From Thermodesulfobacteriota bacterium (GTDB taxonomy: Bacteria > Desulfobacterota_D > UBA1144 > Nemesobacterales > Mycalebacteriaceae): 64,000 bases of DNA. The position numbers and the translations under genes were made by a program. Location: NCBI GenBank assembly GCA_965226585.1, contig OZ245366.1, positions 335,298-399,297 of the forward strand, given 5' to 3'. The notes under the pieces are model-generated. The model had not been told where the DNA came from, made no database searches, and was given only the letters and a program-made list of their open reading frames with translations. Shown here piece by piece: positions 49,210 to 57,695 of this stretch. Each line of letters starts with the position of its first letter. The stretch's first letter is position 1.

Positions 49210-49623
49210 ATGAAAACCCTTGCTCTTGATGTTGGAACAAAAACCATTGGTGTTGCCGCAAGTGATGAACTCGGCATAACATCAAACGGGATTGGAGTAA
49301 TAAAACGCAAAGACGAAAAAAGCGATTTGGAATCCCTCGCGATTCTAATTGAAGAACACAAACCCGGCCGCATAGTTGTGGGTATTCCCTTTAACGCAGA
49401 CGGCTCTCTGGGCGAGCGAGCGGTTCGCATAAAACAGTTTTCAGAAAAACTGAGAGATTTTTCCGGAGTGGAAACAGCGCTGTGGGATGAAAGTTTTTCC
49501 ACCGTCAGCGCGGAAAAAACCCTCATCGGCGGCGGAATGGGACGGAAAAAAAGGAAGAAAGTTGTTGATAAACTGGCGGCGGTTGTTATCCTGCGCGAAT
49601 ATCTTGACAGCAGGGGAAGTTAA
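49210..49623 (+). CDS. ruvX: Holliday junction resolvase-like protein YqgF/RuvX
   Basis: 137 aa. LALDVGTKTIGVAASD and VVGIPFN motifs of the RuvX/YqgF RNase H-like fold are present. Confidence 0.9.
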   Translation: MKTLALDVGTKTIGVAASDELGITSNGIGVIKRKDEKSDLESLAILIEEHKPGRIVVGIPFNADGSLGERAVRIKQFSEKLRDFSGVETALWDESFSTVSAEKTLIGGGMGRKKRKKVVDKLAAVVILREYLDSRGS

Positions 49624-50421
49624 ATGCCTGTGGCAAAAGTAAACGGAATGAACATAAACTACGAAGAACACGGCTCCGGAGCGCCGGTTTTTCTCATCGG
49701 AGGGCTCGGAAGCACAATTCAAAGCTGGGACGACCAGATACCCGTTTATTCAAAACATTTCAGAGTGATAGCCTTTGACAACCGGGGGTCAGGTCTTTCA
49801 GACAAGCCCCGCAAACCCTACTCAACTGAAGATATGGCGGACGATGCGGTCGCCCTTGCGGATTTTCTGAAGATAGAAAAAGCGTCTTTTGTGGGCAAAT
49901 CCATGGGCGGCATGATAGCGCAGTGGATAGGCATCAAATACCCCGAAAAAGTTGAACGTCTGGTGATGGGTTGCTCTTCAGCCCGCAGAGATGAGGTGGG
50001 AAACCTGATACTCAGCACGGGCAGAGAAATATCGGAAAAAGCCGGAATGGGCCCGGTGTGGCTCACGGCTCTCTTTCTCGGCTACGGCAGAAAATACATT
50101 GAAGACAACCTTGAGGAGATAAAACGGAGACTTTCCGCGGTCAGAACTTCCCCCGAAGACATAGCCGGTTACCACGGCCAGTGCGGGGCGTGCGAAGGGC
50201 ACGATACCTCCGGGCTTCTGCATACCATAAAAGCCCCGACCCTTGTTATGTTCGGCACGGAAGACAACGTTACAGACCCGCAGAGAGCGGCGGAGGTGGG
50301 AGAGCTGATTCCGGGTTCCTCGGTTCGCGCATTTGAGGGCGCGGGGCACGGCTTCTGGAGAGAGAAAAGGGAAGAGGCGGACGCCCTTGTATTTGACTTT
50401 CTCAAAGGTAATGCGGTTTAA
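49624..50421 (+). CDS. alpha/beta-fold hydrolase
   Basis: 265 aa with nucleophile elbow GKSMGG and the HGSGAP oxyanion region. Confidence 0.8.
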   Translation: MPVAKVNGMNINYEEHGSGAPVFLIGGLGSTIQSWDDQIPVYSKHFRVIAFDNRGSGLSDKPRKPYSTEDMADDAVALADFLKIEKASFVGKSMGGMIAQWIGIKYPEKVERLVMGCSSARRDEVGNLILSTGREISEKAGMGPVWLTALFLGYGRKYIEDNLEEIKRRLSAVRTSPEDIAGYHGQCGACEGHDTSGLLHTIKAPTLVMFGTEDNVTDPQRAAEVGELIPGSSVRAFEGAGHGFWREKREEADALVFDFLKGNAV

Positions 50422-50428
50422 TATCGGT

Positions 50429-50869
50429 ATGTCTGCGATGAGAATCATTTTTCAAACGGACGGATACGGAGGGCTTATAGCCCGGCTGTTTCTCGGTGCG
50501 GTTATGCTCCCGCACGGCTTCCAGAAAATTTTTTCCGTGGAGCAAACTATGAACAACTTCACCTCCAAGATGGATTTGCCCTATGTGGTGGCAGTTCTTG
50601 TGATTGCGGGAGAATCCGTTGGCGCGGTGTCGCTGATTATAGGCTTTATGTCGCGCTTCTGCGCTTTATCAATGGGTATCATAATGATAGGCGCGGTACA
50701 CATGTTTCACCTACAACACGGGTTCTTTATGAACTGGAAAAAAGACCTGGACGCCGGACAGGGATATGAATACCACCTGCTCATGATAGGTCTCGCTCTT
50801 GTTGTCGTCGTGTGCGGCGGCGGCAAACTGTCGGTTGACAGGGTTATAGGGCGGATGTCTTCTTCCTGA
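50429..50869 (+). CDS. DoxX-family membrane protein
   Basis: Hydrophobic 4-TM protein with the RLFLGAVMLPHGFQK DoxX signature. The start is chosen at an internal ATG after the upstream stop; the track ORF from 50333 overlaps the hydrolase. Confidence 0.65.
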   Translation: MSAMRIIFQTDGYGGLIARLFLGAVMLPHGFQKIFSVEQTMNNFTSKMDLPYVVAVLVIAGESVGAVSLIIGFMSRFCALSMGIIMIGAVHMFHLQHGFFMNWKKDLDAGQGYEYHLLMIGLALVVVVCGGGKLSVDRVIGRMSSS

Positions 50870-50882
50870 TTTTAGAGTCTCT

Positions 50883-51203
50883 TCAGCCGCTTTCCGTTTG
50901 CAGAGCCCGCTCAAGGTCTCCGCTCTGGAACATCTCTTCGCAAATATCACAGCCGCCTATAAATTTTCCGTCCACGTAAAGTTGCGGAATTGTGGGCCAG
51001 TTTGAAAAATCCTTTATTCCCTGCCGCAGTTTCTCATTTTCCAGCACATCCACCGTCTCGTAGATGATGCCCATGGTGTTGAGTATCTGCACAACCCGTG
51101 CCGAAAAACCGCACTGCGGCATCTCTCTGGTTCCCTTCATATAAAGGAGAACCCTGTTGTTCTCCACTTGCGATTTTATCAATTCTTTTGTTTCTTCAGA
51201 CAT
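50883..51203 (-). CDS. grxD: Grx4-family monothiol glutaredoxin
   Basis: CGFS active-site motif (MPQCGFSARV) and WPTIPQLY...GGCDI motifs. A GGAGG RBS lies upstream of MSEETKE. Confidence 0.9.
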   Translation of the reverse strand: MSEETKELIKSQVENNRVLLYMKGTREMPQCGFSARVVQILNTMGIIYETVDVLENEKLRQGIKDFSNWPTIPQLYVDGKFIGGCDICEEMFQSGDLERALQTESG

Positions 51204-51205
51204 TG

Positions 51206-51445
51206 TTATCCTCCGGTTTTGCTCCACTGTTCGGGCGTGTAGGTCTTTATGGAAAGGGCGTGAATCTCTTCCCTCATCGCGTCTCCAAGGGCGGAGTACA
51301 CAAGTTTGTGCCTGTCAACAGGCGTTTTTCCTTCAAAATCCGCCGAAACCACTATCGCCTCAAAGTGTGATCCGTCGCCGTCAACTTCAACATGGCTCGC
51401 GTCAAGCGATTTTTCTATTGCTGATTTGATGTTTTCCGGGCTCAC
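51206..51445 (-). CDS. bolA: BolA-family protein
   Basis: 79 aa with the BolA core GDGSHFEAIVVSADFEGKTPVDRHKLVY. It sits immediately upstream of grxD on the same strand. Confidence 0.8.
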   Translation of the reverse strand: MSPENIKSAIEKSLDASHVEVDGDGSHFEAIVVSADFEGKTPVDRHKLVYSALGDAMREEIHALSIKTYTPEQWSKTGG

Positions 51446-51501
51446 GGGTGGTATTATCTATACTTGGTACTGTAGTTGTCAAACAGAATGAGAGGTGAAA
51501 T

Positions 51502-51942
51502 ATGCTTGTATCTGAGATAATGAGCGCGGACATAAAAACGGTTTCCGAGGACGCCCTGCTTAAAGATGTGGCAATGGCGATGACCCGCCAAGGTGTCGGC
51601 TGTCTTCCGGTTGTGGACGCCGGAGGGAAACTGACCGGAATAATATCCGAATCTGATTTTGTAGGAACCCTTCGCAATGTCCCGTTCTCAAGAGAAACCG
51701 GACATGTGCTGTTCGGGCAGTGGACAGACGGAGAGGGAATAGTATCGAGTTGCAGGGAGGTGGCGGAGATGAAACTGAAAGATTTTATGAACTCCCATGT
51801 TGTAACCGTCAGCCCGGATGACACGGTGGAAGAGGCCGTTACGAAGATGCTGAAAAACCGCATCCGCCGTATGCCGGTTGTGAAAGACGGCAAACCGGTG
51901 GCGATGTTTTCAAGAAACGATCTTCTCAAGATATTCAAATGA
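51502..51942 (+). CDS. CBS-domain pair protein
   Basis: 146 aa with two CBS motifs (VGCLPVVD...GIISESD and RRMPVV...MFSRNDLL). Confidence 0.75.
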   Translation: MLVSEIMSADIKTVSEDALLKDVAMAMTRQGVGCLPVVDAGGKLTGIISESDFVGTLRNVPFSRETGHVLFGQWTDGEGIVSSCREVAEMKLKDFMNSHVVTVSPDDTVEEAVTKMLKNRIRRMPVVKDGKPVAMFSRNDLLKIFK

Positions 51943-51961
51943 CCGCCGGCGGGAGCCAGTT

Positions 51962-53332
51962 TTGTACCCAAGAGTAGTTATTGCGGGAGAGCGGAGCGGA
52001 TGCGGAAAAACAACCGTTACTCTCGCCCTTATGAGCGTTTTTTCCTCAAAAGGGCTTGCCGTTCAGGGCTTCAAAACGGGTCCGGATTACATAGACACCT
52101 CGCACTACGAGGCGAGAACCGGAAGAAAAGGCAGAAACATAGACCTCTGGATGACCGACCCCGGAGACTGTATTGAGATTTTCCGCAGAAACGCCGCCGG
52201 GCGGATATCCGTAATTGAAGGGGTTATGGGCCTCTATGACGGCGCGTATCCGGATGGCGCGGCAAGCACGGCGCACACCGCCAAACTGCTTGACGCCCCC
52301 GTGATAGTTGTTCTGGACGGCGCGCGGGGCGGCGGCTCCATCGCCGCGACCGCGCTGGGGCTGAAGATGTTTGACGAAGAGGTCAACATCGCCGGTTTCA
52401 TTTTGAACCGCATTTCACCGCGCCGCGCGGCGGAAACGGCAAAGACCGTTGCCTGCCGCACGGGAATACCGTTTCTGGGCTTCCTTCCGCCCGATGACGA
52501 TATGGCGATAAGGTCAAGACATCTGGGACTTGTTCCCGCTTCAGAATCCGCCGCCTGTTCACGGAGAATTGCCTCAGAATCCGCAATAGCGGAAAAATCG
52601 CTTGATATTGAACTGATAGAGAAAATAGCCCGCGCCGCTCCCTCTCCCGGAGAGTCTGCGGGGTCGCTTTATCCTCCCGACCCCCTGCCCCAGCGTGTCC
52701 GCCTCGCGGTTGCGCGTGACAAAGCGTTTTCGTTCTACTACGAAGACTCTCTTGACCTTCTGTCCATGTGGGGATGCGAGGTGGCAGAGTTTTCCCCCGT
52801 TTCAGATGAGAGTCTTCCCCCCGGGGCGGACGCGGTTTTTCTGGGCGGCGGATTTCCCGAACTGTATTGCGGGGAGATTGAGGAGAACGTCTCAATGAGG
52901 CGGGACTTGCTGCGTTTCTGCAATTCGGGCGGCGCGGTTTACGGAGAGTGCGGGGGAATGATGTATCTGGGGCGGAGTGTGACGGATATGAGCGGGCGGA
53001 AATTTGAGATGAGCGGCGTGTTTCCGGCAGAGTTTGAGATGAGAAAAACCTTGCAGTCTCTCGGCTACAGAGAGGTTGTTGCCAGAGCAGACGCGGGCTT
53101 TTTCCGCGCGGGAGACACGGAAAAAGGGCACGAGTTTCACTATTCCGGGTTTTCCCCGTCCGGGGCGGACACGGATTTTTTCAACATAACAAAATCTTCA
53201 GGCGGCTGTTTTGACGGCGGGATGAGTTTCAAAAACACCGTTGCTTCATACGTTCACCTGAACTTTTTGTCGTCCGGCATCGCGGAACTGATACCTCAGA
53301 GGATAAAGCCCGCAAAGGGGGAAACGCTTTGA
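51962..53332 (+). CDS. cbiA: cobyrinate a,c-diamide synthase
   Basis: 456 aa. P-loop AGERSGCGKTT is followed by a C-terminal glutamine amidotransferase domain. Typical CbiA/CobB. Confidence 0.9.
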   Translation: MYPRVVIAGERSGCGKTTVTLALMSVFSSKGLAVQGFKTGPDYIDTSHYEARTGRKGRNIDLWMTDPGDCIEIFRRNAAGRISVIEGVMGLYDGAYPDGAASTAHTAKLLDAPVIVVLDGARGGGSIAATALGLKMFDEEVNIAGFILNRISPRRAAETAKTVACRTGIPFLGFLPPDDDMAIRSRHLGLVPASESAACSRRIASESAIAEKSLDIELIEKIARAAPSPGESAGSLYPPDPLPQRVRLAVARDKAFSFYYEDSLDLLSMWGCEVAEFSPVSDESLPPGADAVFLGGGFPELYCGEIEENVSMRRDLLRFCNSGGAVYGECGGMMYLGRSVTDMSGRKFEMSGVFPAEFEMRKTLQSLGYREVVARADAGFFRAGDTEKGHEFHYSGFSPSGADTDFFNITKSSGGCFDGGMSFKNTVASYVHLNFLSSGIAELIPQRIKPAKGETL

Positions 53333-54396
53333 AACTGTCGTCCCGCGCCGCCGCGCCTTTTCACGGCGGTCTTGATTACGAGGAGATTCGCCTGATGGGG
53401 ATTGACCCCGAAAGTGTGGTTGATTTTTCAAGCAACATAAACCCGTTTTTCCCGTCCTCGCGCCTGCTTGCGGGCGCGTGCGCCGGAGCGTGCGACTATC
53501 CGGATGCCGGATATTCGGAACTGCGCGGGGCGGTAGCAGAGTTTCACGGAGTTGTGCCGGAGCAGGTTTTCGCGGGCAACGGCGCTTCCGAAATAGTTCA
53601 TCTTCTGTGCAGATGTCTTCCTGCGGGCGCGTCCGTTCTGATACCCGTGCCGACTTTTTCAGAATACGAAAGGGCGGCGGTTATCTGCGGAGCGCGGGTG
53701 ATTTTGTGCCCCGCCCCGGATGGCATGCGTTTTGACCCTCAGGCGATAGCGCGCGCCATAAAAGACAGCCGTCCCGACCTTGTTTTTCTGTGCAATCCCA
53801 ACAACCCGACCGGGCTCAACCTCTCCCGCGCCGCCGTTGAAACTGTCGTTTCTTCAGCAAACGGCGCGGTGGTTGTTATAGACGAATCCTACGCTGATTT
53901 TGTGGAAAACCGTGAGGATTATTCCCCCGTTAGCGGGGCTGAAAACGTTGTGATTCTCCGTTCCCTGACAAAATTTTACGGGCTTGCCGGCTTGAGAATC
54001 GGATACGCGGTTTCAAGTCCGCCCGTAGTTGCCGCGCTGAACGGCGTTCGTCCGCCGTGGAATGTGAACTCGGTGGCGGCGGCGGCGGCGGCATCAATTT
54101 TTTCGCTTCCCCGGTCTGTTTGTGACGAAAGCAGGGCGCGTTTGTTCTCGGCAAGAAACCGGCTTGTGAAAGCCCTTGAAGATGCGGGCAAAAAATGCCT
54201 TCCGACAGACACGGGATTTTTTATGGTGGAAACTCCCCACGCGACCGCCGTGAGGGAAAAACTTTTGAGAAAAGGCGTTGCCGTGCGAGACTGTTCATCC
54301 TTCGGGCTTGCTTCCCACATCCGCATCAGCGCGCGTCCGGAGAAAGACTGCGGCGAACTCATCAAGCAGTGGAAGGCGGCAGACCGTGAAGGCTAA
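53329..54396 (+). CDS. cobD: threonine-phosphate decarboxylase (class I/II aminotransferase fold)
   Basis: 355 aa. HGGLD...DFSSNINPF N-terminus is characteristic of CobD. There is a 4-nt overlap with cbiA. Confidence 0.85.
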   Translation: MKLSSRAAAPFHGGLDYEEIRLMGIDPESVVDFSSNINPFFPSSRLLAGACAGACDYPDAGYSELRGAVAEFHGVVPEQVFAGNGASEIVHLLCRCLPAGASVLIPVPTFSEYERAAVICGARVILCPAPDGMRFDPQAIARAIKDSRPDLVFLCNPNNPTGLNLSRAAVETVVSSANGAVVVIDESYADFVENREDYSPVSGAENVVILRSLTKFYGLAGLRIGYAVSSPPVVAALNGVRPPWNVNSVAAAAAASIFSLPRSVCDESRARLFSARNRLVKALEDAGKKCLPTDTGFFMVETPHATAVREKLLRKGVAVRDCSSFGLASHIRISARPEKDCGELIKQWKAADREG

Positions 54397-55891
54397 AACT
54401 TTGATGGTTCAGGGAACCGCCTCCCACGTGGGCAAAAGCGTTATCACAGCCGGTCTGTGCAGGGTTCTCTCTCGCAGGGGTTTTTCGGTCGCCCCTTTCA
54501 AATCGCAGAATATGAGTTTGAACTCGTTTGTAACCGGAGACGGCTCGGAGATTGGAAGGGCGCAAGCAATGCAGGCGGAGGCGGCGGGTGTGCCGGCCCT
54601 TGCCGAGATGAACCCCATCCTTCTCAAACCTCTGAAAGATGACGGCTCGCAGGTGATGGTTCTCGGAAAGTCCGAAGGCAACATGACATTTGCCGAATAC
54701 ATGGATTTTCGTCCCCGCGCTCTTGAGGCGGTGCGTTCATCCCTTGATGTTCTGGCCGGGAAGTTTGATGCGGTTGTGATTGAAGGCGCGGGCTGTGCGG
54801 CGGAGATAAATTTTTCCCGCAGTGAGATAGTCAACATGACGGTTGCGAACCTTGCGGACGCGCCGGTTCTGCTTGTCGGCGACATAGACAGGGGCGGCGT
54901 TTTCGCCTCGCTTGTGGGAACCCTTGAACTGCTTGAAAAAGCGGAAAGGGAAAGGGTGCGGGGGCTGATAATAAACAGGTTCCGGGGAGACGCCGATTTG
55001 CTTGGCGCGGGGCTTGATTTTCTTGAGAAAAAAACCGGAAAGCCGGTTCTGGGCGTTGTGCCTTATATTCGCGGGCTTATGCTTGACGATGAGGATTCTG
55101 TCTGTCTTGAAGATTCCCGGCCGGCCGCCGGGGCGGATTTGAAGGTGTGCGTGCCGAGGCTTCCGCGCATATCAAACTTTACCGACCTGCGTCCGCTTGA
55201 GATGGAGAGCGGCGTTTCCGTTTCATACGCGGGGCGACCCGAAGAGATTGCGGACTCGGACGCGGTTGTGATAGCCGGAAGCAAGGCAACGATGGACGAT
55301 TTGCGGTTTTTCAAAAACAGCGGAATGGCGGACGCGGTTGCAAAAGCATGCTCAAGCGGCGTTCCGGTTATAGGCATATGCGGCGGTTATCAGATGCTGG
55401 GTTCGGTTTTCGCAGACGGGGGAGGGTTTGAGTCTGCTCCCGGAACGGAGAACGGCCTTGGTGTTTTTCCGGCGGAAACGGAGATAAAAGAGGAAAAAAC
55501 CCTCCGGCAGACATCCGCCACGGTTAAAAACGGCGGCGCGATGTTCAGAGGCATTGAGGGCGAGGAGGTGAAGGGATACGAGATTCACATGGGGCAGACG
55601 CGGTTTTCCGGCGGGGTCAAGTCTTTCCTGAGCAAAGCGGACGGATTGTGTGACGGAGCCGTGAATGGCGGGGGAAATGTTTACGGCACATACCTTCACG
55701 GCATTTTTGAGAATGATAACTTGAGGGGTGAGTTTTTGAGATACTTGCGGCAAAAGAAGGGTGCGCCGTGCCGGGAGACGGTAAAATTCACCGAAGAACG
55801 CGAGAAACAGTACGACCTGCTCGCCGACTGTATTGAGGAAAGTTTGGATATGGACGCAGTGATGAGTATTGTTTCGGGGAAGAGTAAGTAG
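54386..55891 (+). CDS. cobQ: cobyric acid synthase
   Basis: LMVQGTASHVGKS P-loop N-terminus plus C-terminal GATase domain. The start is taken as GTG at 54386 overlapping the cobD end; the track ORF from 54278 is an upstream extension. Confidence 0.88.
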   Translation: MKAKTLMVQGTASHVGKSVITAGLCRVLSRRGFSVAPFKSQNMSLNSFVTGDGSEIGRAQAMQAEAAGVPALAEMNPILLKPLKDDGSQVMVLGKSEGNMTFAEYMDFRPRALEAVRSSLDVLAGKFDAVVIEGAGCAAEINFSRSEIVNMTVANLADAPVLLVGDIDRGGVFASLVGTLELLEKAERERVRGLIINRFRGDADLLGAGLDFLEKKTGKPVLGVVPYIRGLMLDDEDSVCLEDSRPAAGADLKVCVPRLPRISNFTDLRPLEMESGVSVSYAGRPEEIADSDAVVIAGSKATMDDLRFFKNSGMADAVAKACSSGVPVIGICGGYQMLGSVFADGGGFESAPGTENGLGVFPAETEIKEEKTLRQTSATVKNGGAMFRGIEGEEVKGYEIHMGQTRFSGGVKSFLSKADGLCDGAVNGGGNVYGTYLHGIFENDNLRGEFLRYLRQKKGAPCRETVKFTEEREKQYDLLADCIEESLDMDAVMSIVSGKSK

Positions 55892-55893
55892 AT

Positions 55894-56625
55894 ATGGACA
55901 AAGTGACGTTTAAGCAGTTTCGCAGTTTTATTCAGTTTTTTGATGGAGAGGAATTAGAAACACCTGTTCAAAAAAAACCTTTTAGAGTTGATGTTGCAGA
56001 AACATATATTTCTTTTACTCCTGAAGTCAGTGGGGAATCAAGAAGTGTTTATTATAAAAATGACATTATAGGGAGCGAAGGAAAAAAGGGTTATTTAGCA
56101 TTTTATAATGAAGGTTGCAGACAAGGCAAGGATTTCCCTCGTAAAAATTATATGGATGTTTCATATTTTATTGCTGTTATGAAAGAATATGAAAAACCTC
56201 AAAATCGTATTTTTCATAAGAGTGAAAATCACAAAAAAACTGAAACACAGTCTCTTGCAATGGCAAGGGTGGGACAAGGTGAATTCAGGAATCAACTTTT
56301 AGCGTATTGGGAGAGTTCCTGTTCAGTTACCGGAGTTAATGATAAAAATTTGTTGCGTGCTTCTCATATCAAACCTTGGAGAGACTCTCAAAACAATGAA
56401 CGGTTGGACAAGTTCAATGGCTTGCTGTTGAATCCAAATCTGGATTTGTTGTTTGACAAAGGATTTATAACTTTTGATGGTAATGGCAAAATTCACATTT
56501 CTAAGCAAATATCAAAAAAGAATCTAGATAGATTAGGCGTTAAGGATTCTATGTCTTTAAGAAGGATTGATGGTGGGCACAAGCATTTCCTCGATTATCA
56601 TAGAGAGAAGGTTTTTCAAAAGTAA
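55894..56625 (+). CDS. HNH endonuclease (HNH_2/PF13391-like C-terminal domain) with unknown N-terminal domain
   Basis: 243 aa, AT-rich. The C-terminus RVGQGEFRNQLLAYWESSCSVTG...LLRASHIKPW...NGLLLNPNLDLLFDKGFITF matches the HNH_2 signature. The gene starts 2 nt after the cobQ stop, and its stop overlaps the cobW ATG. Confidence 0.7.
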   Translation: MDKVTFKQFRSFIQFFDGEELETPVQKKPFRVDVAETYISFTPEVSGESRSVYYKNDIIGSEGKKGYLAFYNEGCRQGKDFPRKNYMDVSYFIAVMKEYEKPQNRIFHKSENHKKTETQSLAMARVGQGEFRNQLLAYWESSCSVTGVNDKNLLRASHIKPWRDSQNNERLDKFNGLLLNPNLDLLFDKGFITFDGNGKIHISKQISKKNLDRLGVKDSMSLRRIDGGHKHFLDYHREKVFQK

Positions 56626-57674
56626 TGCAAACAACACGAAAAATACCCATAACGGTGATAACCGGTTTTCTTGGAGCCGGAAAAACAACCATTGTTCGCA
56701 ACCTTCTCTCGCAGACGGGCGGACGGCGTATAACCGTGATTGTCAACGAGTTTGGAGACATCGGAATAGACGGCGAAATAATCAGGGATTCATGCGGTTG
56801 TGAAGAAGGCGAAATTGTTGAACTGAGCAACGGATGCCTCTGCTGTACGGTTCAGGAGGAATTTCTGCCCACAATGACAAAACTTGTTGAGAGAAAAAAC
56901 GATATTGATCACATCGTGATTGAAACCTCAGGGCTCGCTCTGCCAAAACCCCTTGTCCGTGCCGTTAACTGGCCCGGGCTGAAACCGCATTTTTCCGTTG
57001 ATTCCGTTGTGGCGGTTGTTGATGCGGACGGAATGGCGACCGGGGAAATATGCGACAGAAAAAAAATTCAGTCTCAGCGCGAGGCAGACGACTCCCTTGA
57101 CCACGAAACGCCGATTGAAGAATTGTTTTCAGACCAAGTTTCATGCGCGGATATGGTTGTTTTGAATAAATCCGACCTTGTGGGCGAACAAAAACTGGAT
57201 GAAATTGAAAACCTTTTGAGAGATGAAATGAAAGAGGGCGCGGCGGTTGCGCGGGCGCGGATGGGAAATATTTCCCCCGAAATTCTGCTCGGAATAGGAG
57301 CCGCCGCCGAAGATGACCTTGATCCAAGACGTTCCCATCACGAAGACCATCACGAAAACGGGGGCGACCACGAGCACGACGAGGATATTGATTCCGTTGT
57401 TGTGGAAATTAAATCAGACGTTTCACCTGAAGCCCTTATGAGCGCGCTGAAAAAAACAGCCCGCGAGCATGAGATTTACAGAGTGAAAGGATTTATGAAG
57501 GTTTCGGGCAAGCGGATGAGAATGCTTGTTCAGGGAGTGGGAGAGAGATTTGAGGGGTATTTTGACAGACTCTGGAGAGAGGATGAAACCGCGAGAACCC
57601 GTCTGGTTTTTATCGGAAAAAATCTGTCCCTTCTGAATCTCGGCGAAATTGTGGAAAAAAACCTTTCCCGATAA
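56625..57674 (+). CDS. cobW: CobW/COG0523-family G3E GTPase (metallochaperone)
   Basis: Walker A ITGFLGAGKTT, CxCC metal-binding motif (GCLCC) and a His/Asp-rich stretch HHEDHHENGGDHEHDEDID. Confidence 0.85.
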   Translation: MQTTRKIPITVITGFLGAGKTTIVRNLLSQTGGRRITVIVNEFGDIGIDGEIIRDSCGCEEGEIVELSNGCLCCTVQEEFLPTMTKLVERKNDIDHIVIETSGLALPKPLVRAVNWPGLKPHFSVDSVVAVVDADGMATGEICDRKKIQSQREADDSLDHETPIEELFSDQVSCADMVVLNKSDLVGEQKLDEIENLLRDEMKEGAAVARARMGNISPEILLGIGAAAEDDLDPRRSHHEDHHENGGDHEHDEDIDSVVVEIKSDVSPEALMSALKKTAREHEIYRVKGFMKVSGKRMRMLVQGVGERFEGYFDRLWREDETARTRLVFIGKNLSLLNLGEIVEKNLSR

Positions 57675-57695
57675 TATTTTTCCGCTTTTGTAAAA

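Noticed and set aside
51446-51961. Cobalamin riboswitch upstream of the CBS-cbiA cluster
   Set aside because: The short leaders (about 55 nt before the CBS gene, 19 nt before cbiA) lack the conserved B12-box core and are too short to hold the aptamer.
54278-54385. Upstream extension of cobQ overlapping cobD
   Set aside because: CobQ homologs begin close to the MVQGTxSxxGKS P-loop. The GTG at 54386 fits and leaves only a short overlap.
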